This document shows positions 1 through 12,521 of a stretch of 64,000 nt of DNA, one piece after another. The notes under the pieces were generated by a model. That model worked only from the letters and a program-made list of their open reading frames with translations, was not told the origin of the DNA and made no database searches. Source of the stretch: Amoebophrya sp. A120 (lineage: Eukaryota; Protista; Dinoflagellata); NCBI GenBank assembly GCA_905178155.1, contig CAJINV010000003.1, positions 8,043,237 to 8,107,236 of the forward strand, written 5' to 3'. Each line of letters starts with the position of its first letter. Position 1 is the stretch's first letter. Position numbers and translations under genes: made by a program.

Positions 1-1070
1 TCCAGCAGCATCGACGACTTGTTTGCGGTGACCAACACGAACAACTCCGCGGGTGGGACCGATTTCACGGCGTTTGCGTCCTTCCCGACAACTTCCGGCC
101 CCGACGCCACCGCGGGCGGCGGGTCTGCGTCTTCGGGAGCCTTTTCCTTTCCCACCGGCAACGGCGCGCCGGCTGCTCCCGCCACCCAGGCAGACAAACT
201 TGCGTCCTTCAACAGCAACCTGGCAAACTTGTACTCCAGCGGCACTGCGTACCAGAATCGGGGTAACATGGACGCCTTTGCGGACGCCTTCGGTGCCGGT
301 CAGCCGCCCGGGGGTTTCGGCGGTGGCAACATGGGCGGCATGAATGCCAACCCGATGATGGGCGGTAACATGGGCGGCGCGCCGTTTCATGGAAACGGCT
401 TCGGGGCCGCCGGCGGGGCCGCGGGTATGAACCCAATGATGGGGCCGCCCGCCGGGGGAATGAACATGAATTCCACAAGGCCGCAATACGGCATGGGCGG
501 TAACCACCCTAGTGCAGGCAGCAGTGCAGGAGGTCAACATCTGGGCGGACCACCAAACAACATGCTGCATCCCTTCAGCAATCCAGTTGGTCAACCACCA
601 GGAGCGGCAAACAATTTGAATCCCATGATGCAGTTGCAGCACCCCAATAGCGGAGGTAGCGCCAACAACCTCAACCCGTACATGAACATGCATTCAGGAG
701 GCGGGTTGGCGGGGATGGGACCCCCGCAGCCCGGGCCCGGGCCGACCTACACGGGAAACGGCGTGGCCAGGAAAAGCGGGGGTCTCGAAGACCTCATCGC
801 AGGGACGGTCCCATCCCAGTACCTTGACAGCTTCGCGAGCAATTCTCCAAAAAGTACTTTGTTTTTCTTTCGCAATTTTCAATGCAGCTCCGTGTGTTTG
901 TTTTGCTGTCAGCTAGGAATAAATACGTAAACGAATAGTCCTGCTCGTGTTAAAAGAGAAAATTTAGATTTGTAATTGCACAAAATAAAAACACCACAGA
1001 TAAATCGAAGAACTCGCCGAAGAGCGCACAGGGGCCGCTGCATGACATAGATCCCTTTTCGGTGTTTTAG
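1..1070 (+). CDS. 3' part of a Gly/Asn/Met/Pro-rich low-complexity protein, endocytic adaptor-like (ArfGAP/ENTH-type tail); intron 854-999
   Basis: Frame open from the window start with DLF/DFTAF/DAF/HPF motifs. A GT-AG intron at 854-999 joins in frame to NKSKNSPKSAQGPLHDIDPFSVF*, ending in a DPF motif (TAG 1068-1070). Confidence 0.6.
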
Positions 1071-1980
1071 TCAGATGCACTGGGTCGTGGTTAATGTATG
1101 TAAATGCTTTTGGAGATGGTAACGACAGACGACAGCGCACCCGATGGGCTTGCTTCTTTTCCAATGAACCATATCGCAGCGACACTTTCAGTTTTTTGCG
1201 GCACAAAACGAAAGGATACGTATTCATTGACAGTGGTTAGCGACACAAAATTCGCCGCAATCCGCATCGGCCTGGCTCAGAACCCGTCCTATAGATGCGT
1301 TTCCTGTGATGTTGTAACTGCAGGCGCAGAAAATTTGGCGCCGTTCTTATAATGCACGTAAATCAATGGTCCTCTAATATCTTAATCTTCCTGCGTGGTC
1401 ACTTGGATCGCAAACCCATCATCAAATGAGTATGAAAGACAAAGAGGATGCAATTTAGGATCACCAAGACGCGCTAAGAAAATTGGATCCAAGAACTAAT
1501 AGATCGGTTGTGAGCTAGACCCTAGGGGTTGGATCACTGAGGAAGACTAACTCGTCCCCAGGGGTCCCGTTCCGGCGGACTGAGAAAAAAGAAGTGGTCA
1601 TGGTCTAGATCTTCGAAGTTAGAGAAGTAAAGAAAAAGATCAGGAAATGAAATCCACGCGCAAAAAACAGATCAAGTGATCAACTGACAAGATGGATCAA
1701 GTCCCAAGGATCGAAAAAATCTGTGATCTTCATGGGTGCAATGTAAAGTCAAGTAAGTTCCGTGTACTTGCGAAGGTGGTGTTAAACGAAGGAATGGTTC
1801 ACATTGGTCTCTGGCAGCAACTTGGGTGACAAAGTGAAAAAGTTCTGAAGTATACTGTTTTGACCTTGTTGAGTAAATGATTTGTTGCGATAATTGGACT
1901 GCTCATTGATTTCAATCTTTTCATAGTAAAAAAGTAAGTACTTATTGTTGATTCCTTGACACAAGCCTCGCATTGAAGTC

Positions 1981-4900
1981 ATGGATTGCAGCCAGTCAAG
2001 TACCGTCTCGTCTTGTGCCTTTGCTGACGATGGGCAGAAGCAGAAGAGTGGTCAGCAGAGCGCCTTTATGTCCTACCAAGGACAGTATTTCGTGCCGGGT
2101 ACGAATTATGTCGAGAGCAACATGCACGTGCCGTATGGTGAAGCACATTCGTACCTCCAGGGCGACAACGGGTATAATGCGGCCACGAATTACTACGATG
2201 GCACTAGCTATAATTACCTCTACGCATCATCGATATCGGATCTCCATCCCCACTTCCAACCGGCGACATACGTAAACGAGCCCTGGACCACCACCACGAT
2301 TGTGCCCCAAGGCGAAGAAGCAAAGGTGGATCATGCTTGGACCACCACGACGTCGACCAACTTTCAAAACCAAATGCGAGAAGAGCAGGGCGCCTTCAGG
2401 AGCATTATTCCGCGCCAAGAAACTTCATCTCCTGCCGGTGCTAAAAATTTCCCCAAGCTTCAGGAGGGCGGGTCGTCTAGTAGCTCGTGCCGGAATTATA
2501 CTAGTCCGCAGAAGCAGTTCCTTGAGGTGGATTCTGCTCTCGTGCTCCGCGACGGTCTAGCGCTACCCGCAGCGACTGGTAGTTCCCAAGGCGTGACGGG
2601 ACCAACGGACGGCAGCGTTGTCGGCGGAGAGGATGATCGTGCGGAGGTGTTACCTACGGAAACGCACGAGAAAACCGGGCGGGTGGAACCGCCCAAGTTT
2701 CTTCCCGAGCGGGAGCAGGAGATTCACCTGGTGCATTTTCGGAAGACGTACGCTGTCATGGGGGAAATCGTGCAGCGGACCCTGTTGTTTCGCAAACTTC
2801 GGAAGACGGCTAAGCGGGAGGGAGCGCTGCTGTCAAACACACCCCAAGACATTACAGAGGCGACGGAGGTTGCCGGAAAGACAGAAGAAAGTAGCAACTC
2901 TTCCTCGGTGGTGCGACCTGATTTGTCGTTCTACGACTTCGGTGCGGCACCAGGCGGCTTTTGTGCGCAGTTGTTATCGCACACCGCGGAAGTTGGGCGA
3001 GGGTACGGAATTTCGTTGCCCCCGTCGGAGGGCGGCTACCACATGGTCTATCACGATCCGCGGCTAAAAATCCTGCCCGCGAACATTTTTGACATCGAAG
3101 ATTCCTCGAAGTTGACGAACTTGCACGACGTCTGCAGCAACGGCAATGATGAGACCAAATCCAAAACAAGAGCCAGTGCAGCCAGCCCACAGACGGAATT
3201 GGAGCTGCAACAAGAGCAGCTAGAATCTGTTCATTCCCCTAAACGACCCCCGTCCGAATCCACAGGCCAAGTGCCGCCGGAAGTAGTCCAGCCTTCCACC
3301 ACACAGCACGATGCTTTTGCGTTGGACGTCGAGCAAGAACCTCCCCTTCACGGACAGCAGCAAGAAGAACATCAAGCACAGGACCACCGCCGGCCATTCC
3401 CAGCGTTAGCGCGGAGCCAGTTCTTGGTGAACCTGATTAACTGCGACATGCAAGACCTCGCGATGCAGCGCGACCAGACGCAAGCCGCCGGGCGCGGGCG
3501 GGCGCGACGGGGCGCGCCGAACAAGTATCTGCCCATCTGGGCACTCACGCTGAAGCAGTTCGGCCTCGGACTGGGCGTGCTGGCGGACGGCGGCGCCTTG
3601 ATTTTCCGGTTCGGCTGGCGAGGATACGACGCCTACGATACCTGGTACCAGGACTGCGCGTACACGCTGTTCTTCTTTCTGCTCGACGTCTTTCAGTCCG
3701 TGGAGCCCTACAAATCGGAGTACGAGAATAATGCCGACACGACCTGCTACGTCACGTGTACGGGCTTCGATCGGGCGAAGTTTATGGAGCGGCAGAAAGG
3801 CCGGGCCTTGCCGTGGAAGCGGTACCGGCGCTGCACCGCGACCTTTCTTGGTAGAAGGGCGCCGCGTGCTGCGGGGTTCGGGGGCGCCTCTCCGCTCCTC
3901 CTCCGCCGCCAAGACACGGACGAGTTGTCCACCGCTGCTGCGAGCAGTGCGCCAAGTGCAACTTCCGGCAGGGGACGGTGGACGGACGATGGCGCTGCCG
4001 GAACAACTTCACCAGAACTGAAACCGGACGAGAGGACATCATTTACGACCAGGGCGGCGAAAGTCGATCGCGAACAGGGGCAGGCTGCACAAGTTGAAAC
4101 GGAAAAGGACAGAACCGCCAAAAGCAAAAAGCCGGAGGAGAGTGCAAGCGAATCTGATGCCTCGGACGTTGTTCAGGCATCAATCGAGAAGTCCGCGACA
4201 GAGGAAGAAGTAATGGCATCGAAGAACGAAGTCGCCGGCGAGGATGAGAAACTCCAGTCAGCCGGAAGTGGTGATTGTGCACGACCAGCTTGTTTGGAGG
4301 TACCAGGCGGAAGCGATGGCAGTGATATTAAACGTGCTGCAACAGACGTCACGTCCTCGGCCCTCCAAAATGTGTCGCAGCTCCAAGATGAGACAGTTGA
4401 AGCGGCAAAGCAGCACGGGGATGGCGCAACGGAAAGAAACGTGTTCAACAACGAGTGCAAGAACCACGGCAGTTGTACTGCGGCGGTGGACGACGTAGAA
4501 GTTGAAACAGACGATGGGACAAGAAATCGCTTCACGATGTGGCGCGAGCCGTCCAGTTACGAAGTATTTTTGCGACTCGCGGACGTGGTGCGGCAGGACC
4601 TCTCGTCGGAACAAGACCTGCAGGAGGCGCTGCAGACTTCGCTATTAAGTACCGACACGTTGTATGCCATGTCTGTGTACGCGAAGGCAATTATCGCGGA
4701 GGAGCTGGAGATCGAGCCGGAACACTTGTACTGCTTTCCGCTTGCCGACGCTCTTGGCCGCGGAGGACGCGAAGAGGAAACGAAGGCCTCCGTCCAAGCC
4801 CGGCTCCCGGAGATTTGTGGCAAGATTGATCGGATTCACAAGGTGTTTGACTACGTAAATCGCATGCGGCAAGTGGCGCAGAGCAGTCGCGAGAAGAAGG

Positions 4901-5316
4901 CTTCGGTGACCCTGAAACTGGCCCCCATTCCCGTGACGGAAATGTACCCGGACCTGATCCGCACCAAGGTGTCGGCTGTCTGCTCCAGTGTGGAGTGGGT
5001 GCACTGCGAGCCCATGAGCGTGGGCGCGGGCGCGTACGTGTGGCTGCAGTTCCGCGAACGGTGGCACTTGGAGGCGGTGCAGCGTGCGGTCAAGGAAAAC
5101 GGGCTGTTCGGCTTTGGGGTATCGGCCAAAGAGGTGCCCACCTTCTCCCTGCGCGAGCGCCGCGAGAAGGAGCGCCAATGGGCGGAGCGGGCGCAGAACC
5201 AATGGGGCAGTCGCAAGGGGAAGGGAAAGTCCGGAAAGGGGAAACAAGGTAAGCGCTCAGCTGCTGGTGGCAAGAATCACAAGGGGAGCGCCGGCACCTC
5301 CAAAGGAGGATCGTAA
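1981..5316 (+). CDS. FtsJ/RrmJ-like SAM-dependent methyltransferase-domain protein with long low-complexity insertions and an RRM-like plus basic C-terminus
   Basis: 1111-aa ORF with FYDFGAAPGGF (SAM motif), GYGISLPPSEGG, LINCDM, GGALIFRF and CYVTCTGF. Confidence 0.75.
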   Translation: MDCSQSSTVSSCAFADDGQKQKSGQQSAFMSYQGQYFVPGTNYVESNMHVPYGEAHSYLQGDNGYNAATNYYDGTSYNYLYASSISDLHPHFQPATYVNEPWTTTTIVPQGEEAKVDHAWTTTTSTNFQNQMREEQGAFRSIIPRQETSSPAGAKNFPKLQEGGSSSSSCRNYTSPQKQFLEVDSALVLRDGLALPAATGSSQGVTGPTDGSVVGGEDDRAEVLPTETHEKTGRVEPPKFLPEREQEIHLVHFRKTYAVMGEIVQRTLLFRKLRKTAKREGALLSNTPQDITEATEVAGKTEESSNSSSVVRPDLSFYDFGAAPGGFCAQLLSHTAEVGRGYGISLPPSEGGYHMVYHDPRLKILPANIFDIEDSSKLTNLHDVCSNGNDETKSKTRASAASPQTELELQQEQLESVHSPKRPPSESTGQVPPEVVQPSTTQHDAFALDVEQEPPLHGQQQEEHQAQDHRRPFPALARSQFLVNLINCDMQDLAMQRDQTQAAGRGRARRGAPNKYLPIWALTLKQFGLGLGVLADGGALIFRFGWRGYDAYDTWYQDCAYTLFFFLLDVFQSVEPYKSEYENNADTTCYVTCTGFDRAKFMERQKGRALPWKRYRRCTATFLGRRAPRAAGFGGASPLLLRRQDTDELSTAAASSAPSATSGRGRWTDDGAAGTTSPELKPDERTSFTTRAAKVDREQGQAAQVETEKDRTAKSKKPEESASESDASDVVQASIEKSATEEEVMASKNEVAGEDEKLQSAGSGDCARPACLEVPGGSDGSDIKRAATDVTSSALQNVSQLQDETVEAAKQHGDGATERNVFNNECKNHGSCTAAVDDVEVETDDGTRNRFTMWREPSSYEVFLRLADVVRQDLSSEQDLQEALQTSLLSTDTLYAMSVYAKAIIAEELEIEPEHLYCFPLADALGRGGREEETKASVQARLPEICGKIDRIHKVFDYVNRMRQVAQSSREKKASVTLKLAPIPVTEMYPDLIRTKVSAVCSSVEWVHCEPMSVGAGAYVWLQFRERWHLEAVQRAVKENGLFGFGVSAKEVPTFSLRERREKERQWAERAQNQWGSRKGKGKSGKGKQGKRSAAGGKNHKGSAGTSKGGS

Positions 5317-6443
5317 GAGGACCTTGTAAAAACTCTTGTTCTCTTTATAGATTGCGACAATGTGAATTGACCCGAGGACAAAGGATGAACAAGTGCAACT
5401 CGTTTGAAGTATTAAGTTGTACAGAGAAACATGAATCATCACACAGCGACCGAGTAACGACGGTTTTCGATGTCGCTCTCGAAAATCGTGCGCTCAAAGA
5501 CAAACGACTCAACAAACGACAAACAAGGAACTGAAGATGAGCATAGGAATGAGTAAACCTTTGCAGCGGGTGATACGAACGACAATCATAAATCAGTTGA
5601 CATTTCGGAGGCAGCTGTGTTAGATGCTATACAAACTGCTGTTCTGGAAGCAGGTCTGGAAAATGGTAGACAGTTTTTATTTGTTGGCTAATCTTCGTCA
5701 GACAGAGGCACGGCAATGAGGGATTGTAGTCCGTAAGCACTAAAAATCTCGCAAGAAGGTGAGGAAGGGTAAACCTAAAGGAGAGAATCGACCGAAAAAG
5801 GAACTGTACTGGAGCACCCGGGTTGACTATATTTTCTTACTACACTAGTCGCGTGTAGGACAGGGTTAGATTCGTTTTGTGCTGCGTAACCGCTTCGGTT
5901 TGTCTTTCGCTTACTGCGCTTCCCTTGGATGCAATTTTTGCTTTTCGCGAGTTTGTGGCACTTACTTCGTTTTTTTTTGCATGCGAAGATTGATTAGTTA
6001 GCTGCGTGTTAATTCTTTTTTTCTTCTGTTGCATCGATCTTATAGGTAGTTGTAGTTGTATTCACTTCGCTGCGTCGGCATTTCAGAGAAGCGTCGAGAG
6101 TGGGTCGTGGTGTCGAAAAATCGAATTCCCTGCACGAATAGCGAATGACTTACGCACAGTACCTTTTCGCAAGCCTTATGTTTTGGTTTATCATGAAATG
6201 AAAAAAACACGTAGCTGTTTTTTATGGGGGGGAGCTGTTGCAGCAATTGTGTGTGTAGAATTGTGATTGTTTGAAAAGCGGTAGTGGGTCCGCTTTTCTT
6301 TTTGTGTCAATACGGAGAGTTGTCCTCTTTTTCGTGTGCATTGACTCGTTTTGTTTCCTGCTTTTCTTGGTCCGTTTCGTTTGTAGAATGTAAGTAGAAG
6401 AATTAATTGCAAAGAATCAAGAATATATTATATATTGCTGGAA

Positions 6444-8668
6444 ATGGAGCCTTTTCGGAATTCCGTCGGCGATGTTGGTGCCGTACGAGATTATAGAAGT
6501 CCTCGGTTACTAGCAGGTGTTGGTGTTGCATCTACCTCGATCACCGGTCCCCCCGGCCTCGCACCCGCCATCGCGAAGGAGAAAGTCTGGTTTGGGCACG
6601 AGTCGCCGTCTTCCTCGGGTGGTCGGACCATCGACAGTCGAGCGTTCGTAGACCACGGCTTTCAGCACCTTGTCCCAGCATCGGAGCAAGTGCTGTCGTA
6701 CAACGCGATGCCTTACGAAGCTGCGGCTGTTTCTGTTGAACCACAGCAGCAATTCATTGCCATTGATCCGCGCATGCTCTATTTCCAGGAGGGACACAAC
6801 GGCCCGTTTCGCCCGCTCTTGCGCCGGCCGGCGGGATGCGAAGAAGCCGAAACTTGGTACGGTGCGAATCGGGAGGACGAGCGAACTATCGCGACCACGG
6901 AACGAAGTGCGACGCAAAGCAGCAGCTTGTGGCACCGACGGAGACCACAAGGGCAGGTAGAACATGCTGATGGCTGTTCCGCCGCGCGAATCCCGGCGAT
7001 CGAAGCGCAGACCGACAGTTTTGACGCAGTCGCAGTTTCCAGGGCCACAGTCGTAGACCAACGCAAATCTCGGATCGAGAATCAGGTTCGCTAGTTGAAG
7101 AAAAACAACCTCCTTTCAACTGATGTTTTTTTAAACCTGGCAGCTGGCATTTCATGTGGAAGTAGATTTTCACGGTTGCGGGACACTAATGAACCCAGTT
7201 CGATCATTGTCTTCGCACTTTCAGTCACACAAGCAAGAATGTTTTGTGTAGTTTAGATTTGTTGCATTTAAAACTATTCCACACACAGGGTCCCTTTGAA
7301 CAGGACATGCAGCGCATCATTCGCGAAAGCCTCAGCAGCTGGCGTCGAGCCCGGGAGCGAGCCTTTCTGCTGGCCGTCGAACGCGATATGATCATTTCGC
7401 TGAAGGTACTACAACTTTGCTGCAAATAACACTCTTTTTGCGGAAGATTTGACAGTGCCCTGGCAGTTTGTTACTCGCTCCCCTAGAAGCTGCTGCGATC
7501 ACGCATGTGGTGTTTGCTACATTGAAAACAGACGAAGAACATGCGGGGATTTCGGGTCCCCGGGAAGTGGACGAAGTACAACCGGATGCTTTGTCACCGG
7601 CTGGCAGAGTGGCACGGGTTCGTCTGCGAAGTTGAAATTCCGAAGGACGCCGAGTCGCAATTTCACCGCGAGCTTGGCCTGAACATGCTGAAGCAGCCGG
7701 GCTCCAAGTGCCGCGAGCCTACGGTGTTCACACTGGCGACGCAGATTTGCGGTGGGTCCTACTTCACGCAACTCGGAGGCGCCAAGTCCCGGGGCGGGTT
7801 GTGGGGGTCTCCGCTGTGGCTCCACGGCGATCCAGGCTCGACGTTTGCGGCACCGGTAGCAGGAGATCGGGAGAGTTGTGCTGCGCCCATCCCACAAGAC
7901 CACGCAGCTGTTGAGAAGCAGCACCACGGCAGAAATTCGCGGGGTGGTTTGGGCTGGCGGGAGATCAACAGTAGTGTGGACTACGGCAAGGTAGGCAAGA
8001 ACGCGAGCGTCACCACCTGTAGTAATTACAGTAAGAAAGCAAGCTACGGGTCCTCGTTTCACCAGCAGTCGCAGTTTCAGATTCAGCGAAGGAAGACCCG
8101 AGGCCACGGCCTGCCCGTGCACTCTGTCTCTTCCGGGAATACGACCGCCTGTAGTAGTGATGACCAGGAAGGCGATGGGGAAGTGACGCCGACGCACCCG
8201 GACGACAATGAGGTCCCGGACAACTGGCACAGCGGGCGAGCAGCCGCGGGACACCAAAAAAAACAGGTTGAACTCCACCGGCAGCTGCACGTCGGTGATC
8301 TGGGAAAAATGAGAAGCAGAAATAGACATCAGGCAGCTTCCTATCTCCCCGCCAGGCAACCGACGCAGACCAAAAAGACAACAACGACGGAACAAGCTGA
8401 ACAATCGCCAACCGCGGAGCGTGGGCAGACCGCGTCTTCATCTTCATACAGAGAACGACGGGTCCAGGCAGAAGTCGCTGTCGTCGACCGAGCTGCGACA
8501 CCAGCAACTAGTACAGATGTTGTGCGTAGCACGACGGGGATGCGTGACATCGAGGTCTCCTGGGGCAGTTCCAGCTTCTACGCGCAGACCATCCTGCGCT
8601 TGCTGTTCCTTCTTGCAGGATTGTGTTCCTTCGCCATGGCGTTCCCTTGCTTTTGCTATCGGTGGTAA
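6444..8668 (+). CDS. R3H-domain protein (R3HDM/encore-like) with a C-terminal hydrophobic tail; introns 7086-7288 and 7406-7531
   Basis: GT-AG introns join in frame to give ERAFLLAVERDM...YNRMLCHRLAEWHGF (R3H RxxxH motif). Confidence 0.7.
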
Positions 8669-9759
8669 AGCGAAGGAAAGTCATCGAAGCGGATTTATCG
8701 GAATGCACCTCGCCGTACCACCTCGGGACTGTAATGGATGCTACTTTCCAGAAATAGGAATTCGATTTCGAGCAAAAGTTATCACATAAGGGTTGTGGAA
8801 TTATATCTTTGTAGGGACCGACAGGTACTAGTACAGTCGGTATTCAAATGTAAAAACTGTTGAAAGACACTAGGCATAAATCAATGGACTATAGAAAGTA
8901 GAAAATTCAATAGGTAACAAGAATTGTGTCGTTTCTACATCTGTTGTTTTTCGTGAAATGCGTCGAGTTGCTGATCTCAATTTTGAATTTAATGGATGTA
9001 CTTGATTTGCGAGCCACCCCCGCAGGCTAAGGTGTCGCACGTACACGGCCGCCGTAAGCCGTGTGGGGCCTCACGTGCTACCTTCTACCCGGGGAGCGCG
9101 GTAGCGCTTAAGGCCATTCCGCCTTGTGATGAAGGCCACAGCAAGGAGCGGCAAAGTCCGGAGATGCGGAAAAAGCAGTACTCTATGTATGTCATCATCA
9201 TCATGTTTTTTTCGGCCTCATCAGGGAATCAATTTTGATAGAAGAGTTTATTAAGTTTTGTCGATAAAACAACAATCTGGAAATCACTTCCGATTGCTTG
9301 CGTGGGATTTCGCCCCGGCATGATTCCGCTGCTCCTTGAGGGGATGCTCGGCGCAAAGATGCAGCAGCAGTAGCCGCTGCGGGTGCGCAAGAGGCACCAA
9401 GGAGCGTCGCGTAGCAAGCAGTTGCTGTGACATAGCAGCTTATTTTCACTCGCTAACTTAGTGTTGTATGATTTTCCAGTAGAAACAAAAACGAGGCAGT
9501 TTATCATCCGTTTCTAATATGTGATAGTTGGTATTGATTCTCGGAGAGCTTATTCTACCCTTTTTCCAAAAAATTTTCCTTCTTGTATGTAAGTATCCTC
9601 AAGTTTTGACGTTTATAAAAGTATAGATTTCATCACCAGTAAGGAGGACAAATCAATGCAAAGTAGGATTGTGATTTCTAGTAAGGGAAAAGGCACTGTA
9701 AGTTGAACAGTCACAAAAGCGCACACGCAGATTGTTTTTGAGCTGCAGTTTCACCCGGA

Positions 9760-11430
9760 ATGTGACCTACAGGCACTGGTTTGGGCTTACACTACTTTGA
9801 CGAAATAAGAAAATAATAGCAAAATGCTCCTGCAAGCAGCAAATATGCTCACGCAGGCAGCAGTGTGCAGATTGTGCTGAGCACAGGGCAAACAGCAGGG
9901 CTATCTGAAGGAAGAGCCTACTTCTCTACTGATGCTAAGCACCAAATAAGAGCTTTTCTCGCCGTGTTGTGGCTATTTACTTGCACAAAGGCCAGCAAGC
10001 AAAGAGCCGGGACGACTTTTCGCGAATTTTGTTAGTATAAAATAGACTAATGCTTGCTTCGCCTGCAAATGCGAAGCAAGAATACCAATACCAACAAGTA
10101 GGCAATATTCTGCAGATCGCAATAAATGGCTCAATTAGATTTTGGAGATTTAAGGATAGAGTAAAGGCACAGCCACCGCGGCAATGAGCAATACGGTAGA
10201 AAGGTAAGGATGGTGGATGAACAAAGTAAATTTCAGATGTCTGCTGCAACGGATCCTCTGAGGCTGAGCTTTGTCATGGTGTAAATGCTAATGCTTCCGT
10301 TTTTATTTTTCCGAATCCGACCTCTACAACTGCTTATGTCATTTCCATTTGTTATGATTCGTACTCTGTGTCGCACGTTTGCCGGGCGTTTTCCCAATAG
10401 AAAATGCGCTACAAACGTCGAGCCCCTGTGGGTGCCAAGCGATTCGAGATGTACCTATCGTTAGCTGAATCGATACTAACTCATAGGTCGTACCAACGGA
10501 AAGAGACGTCGTAACTTGACCCTGACTGCAACTCCCTTGTAATCTTTAGAGATACACGTGTGGATTCCTTGTTGATTGACTGAATTGTCTAGCAATGTCG
10601 CAGAACAAAGAGAAATTAATGTTGGCGCCGATCTGGAAGAATGTGGTGCGATCCCGGGGGCGGAACAGAAATCAAATTCCCGAAATACTTAAGAGAGTAC
10701 AGATTAGTTTATTCTGATTCTAATCAACAGGGATACTATGAGTATAAAAGCTACAGACTCTGAATCCGCAGGGAAGAGATGAATTATCCAATTCAACAAC
10801 TCGATCCTGCAAGGAGGCAGAATACTATTTTTGAATGCAATTTCGTGATACTGAAACTGATACGCAAGCACAATTGTTTCTTTGCTCAGCCGAAATCTGG
10901 AATTGCAACCACCATCCAATGTAGTTGCAAGTATATTTTTATTCATCCGCAGCATAAGGTTTTCATGTTTTTGTGTCGACCTTGACTTTTTTGGGACCTC
11001 CGGGCATCTAACGTGAGTGAATAACGAAGCTTCAGCATGATCATTATTCGTCGGTAGGCCTTGATTGTAGTCAAGTTCTCGGTCGTGGGAAGTTTAGCTG
11101 TACTCAAATTCTTGCATTCTGAAAGTTTCTTATCGGATGGCAAATCAACTGGAAGCAAATTCAAATATTATTCGTGGGATCGATGAAATGTACTGGACCA
11201 AAGCGACTCGAAAAGATCCAAGAGGATCCAGAAGAAGTGCCAACTTTATTCTGAGAAAATCATATGGGAAAAGCGTGAAATGGATCCACATGATGAATCG
11301 ATTGGATCGATAGGCTATCAATAACCTCCAATGTATGAAAAAAACTCGCAGGACCCAAAAAATGGTGGAGATAATTCGCTGTATGCTATGTCGCAAGCGT
11401 GTATGGTACCTGTTGATGTGTCCTCAAACC
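9760..11430 (+). mobile_element. Heavily decayed non-LTR (LINE) retrotransposon RT remnant
   Basis: Colinear degenerate RT motifs across frameshifts and stops: WFGLTLL..KIIAK, QTAGLSEGR..STDAKHQIRAF, LCHG..LPFLF, LA(D)DTN/LIG, CGFLV, EIKFPKYL, LFLCSAEIWN, and a C-terminal CMLC..YLLMCP knuckle. Confidence 0.5.
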
Positions 11431-11711
11431 ATGTGAAAGTAAAGCGAGACACTTAGTAGGTTGGTTCGCAGGTGGGAAGATCAAAATCTGATTCAGCTCA
11501 TATGGGTGCGGTTTTTCAGTGAATGTGCTCAATGATTGCGGGTCAGTGCCGGTAGTGCTCCTCTCTTGTGCCCCTCGTTTTTTTTTGTAAGGTCCGTGTA
11601 GTGAGGTGGACGAAGACGAACGGTGAATACACTTAATATTCTCGAAGCGGTAGAAGTAGATTGCTTGCCCTTGCTCTTCTGATTTGCCCGCGGTAAACAA
11701 AAGCGACAACC

Positions 11712-12521
11712 ATGGCGTCCAGGGGTACCAAGCGCGACATCCGAGAAGTGGAAGGGGTGGTGGAGCAATGTGTTTCGCCGGTCTTCAAGCGGATGCGACG
11801 AGCTGCATCACAGTCGATGGAGGTGGATTCCTTCGCACGGGCGCTGCCGACCAAGTACAGCCAAGACTACGCCACGGTCCAGGTTCCGCTGTTCGGATCC
11901 GAGGCACATCGCAGCATGATGTTTCATCAAGCCGGCCCTGATTTTGACGTGTTTGCGAACCGAAACGACCCGCCCTCCTTTGCAATGGCCTCGCCTGCCT
12001 CCGACTCCGGCGTGACACCCTCCGGCAATCCCACAGCAGCGGGGGCTCCCATCCGAGGAGGGAATCATAATTACTTGAACCCTGGCGGAAGTGGAACTAC
12101 AGGTACAGCGCACGCCAATGGGACGAGAACAAATTCCACCAGCGCAATGGCGTCAGAAGGAGGCGGTCCCGCCCATACCAGTTGTACTAGCGACTTTACT
12201 CCGTCTGTCGGGAGCGACAACCCTATACACGGTAGTCAGCATGGAAGCGTCGGCTCATTTTACCCAGCGACCGTCGCACAAGAACCTCCCCGCGTGTACA
12301 CCAATGGCAATGCAGTTAGTGGTGCACCCGTGCTCCAACTCCCTGCCCAAGAATCCCCCATAGTACACATGGACACGACGAGCTCGAGCGGCCCGCCCAA
12401 AAGTCGACCCATCGACATCGAGCAGCGGGAGCGCCTCCGGGCACAGTACTTAGCCGAATTGCAAAAGTACCGCACCCAAATGGCGACCCGTGCGAATGGA
12501 CTGCAGGTCTTGCGTTGCTAG
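11712..12521 (+). CDS. Hypothetical protein, 269 aa
   Basis: ATG-initiated GC-rich ORF with basic NLS-like N-terminus; no recognised domain. Confidence 0.6.
   Translation: MASRGTKRDIREVEGVVEQCVSPVFKRMRRAASQSMEVDSFARALPTKYSQDYATVQVPLFGSEAHRSMMFHQAGPDFDVFANRNDPPSFAMASPASDSGVTPSGNPTAAGAPIRGGNHNYLNPGGSGTTGTAHANGTRTNSTSAMASEGGGPAHTSCTSDFTPSVGSDNPIHGSQHGSVGSFYPATVAQEPPRVYTNGNAVSGAPVLQLPAQESPIVHMDTTSSSGPPKSRPIDIEQRERLRAQYLAELQKYRTQMATRANGLQVLRC

Noticed and set aside
9120-9165. Hammerhead-like GTGATGAAGGCC...GGCAAA
   Set aside because: The core CUGANGA and GAAA boxes are not intact.
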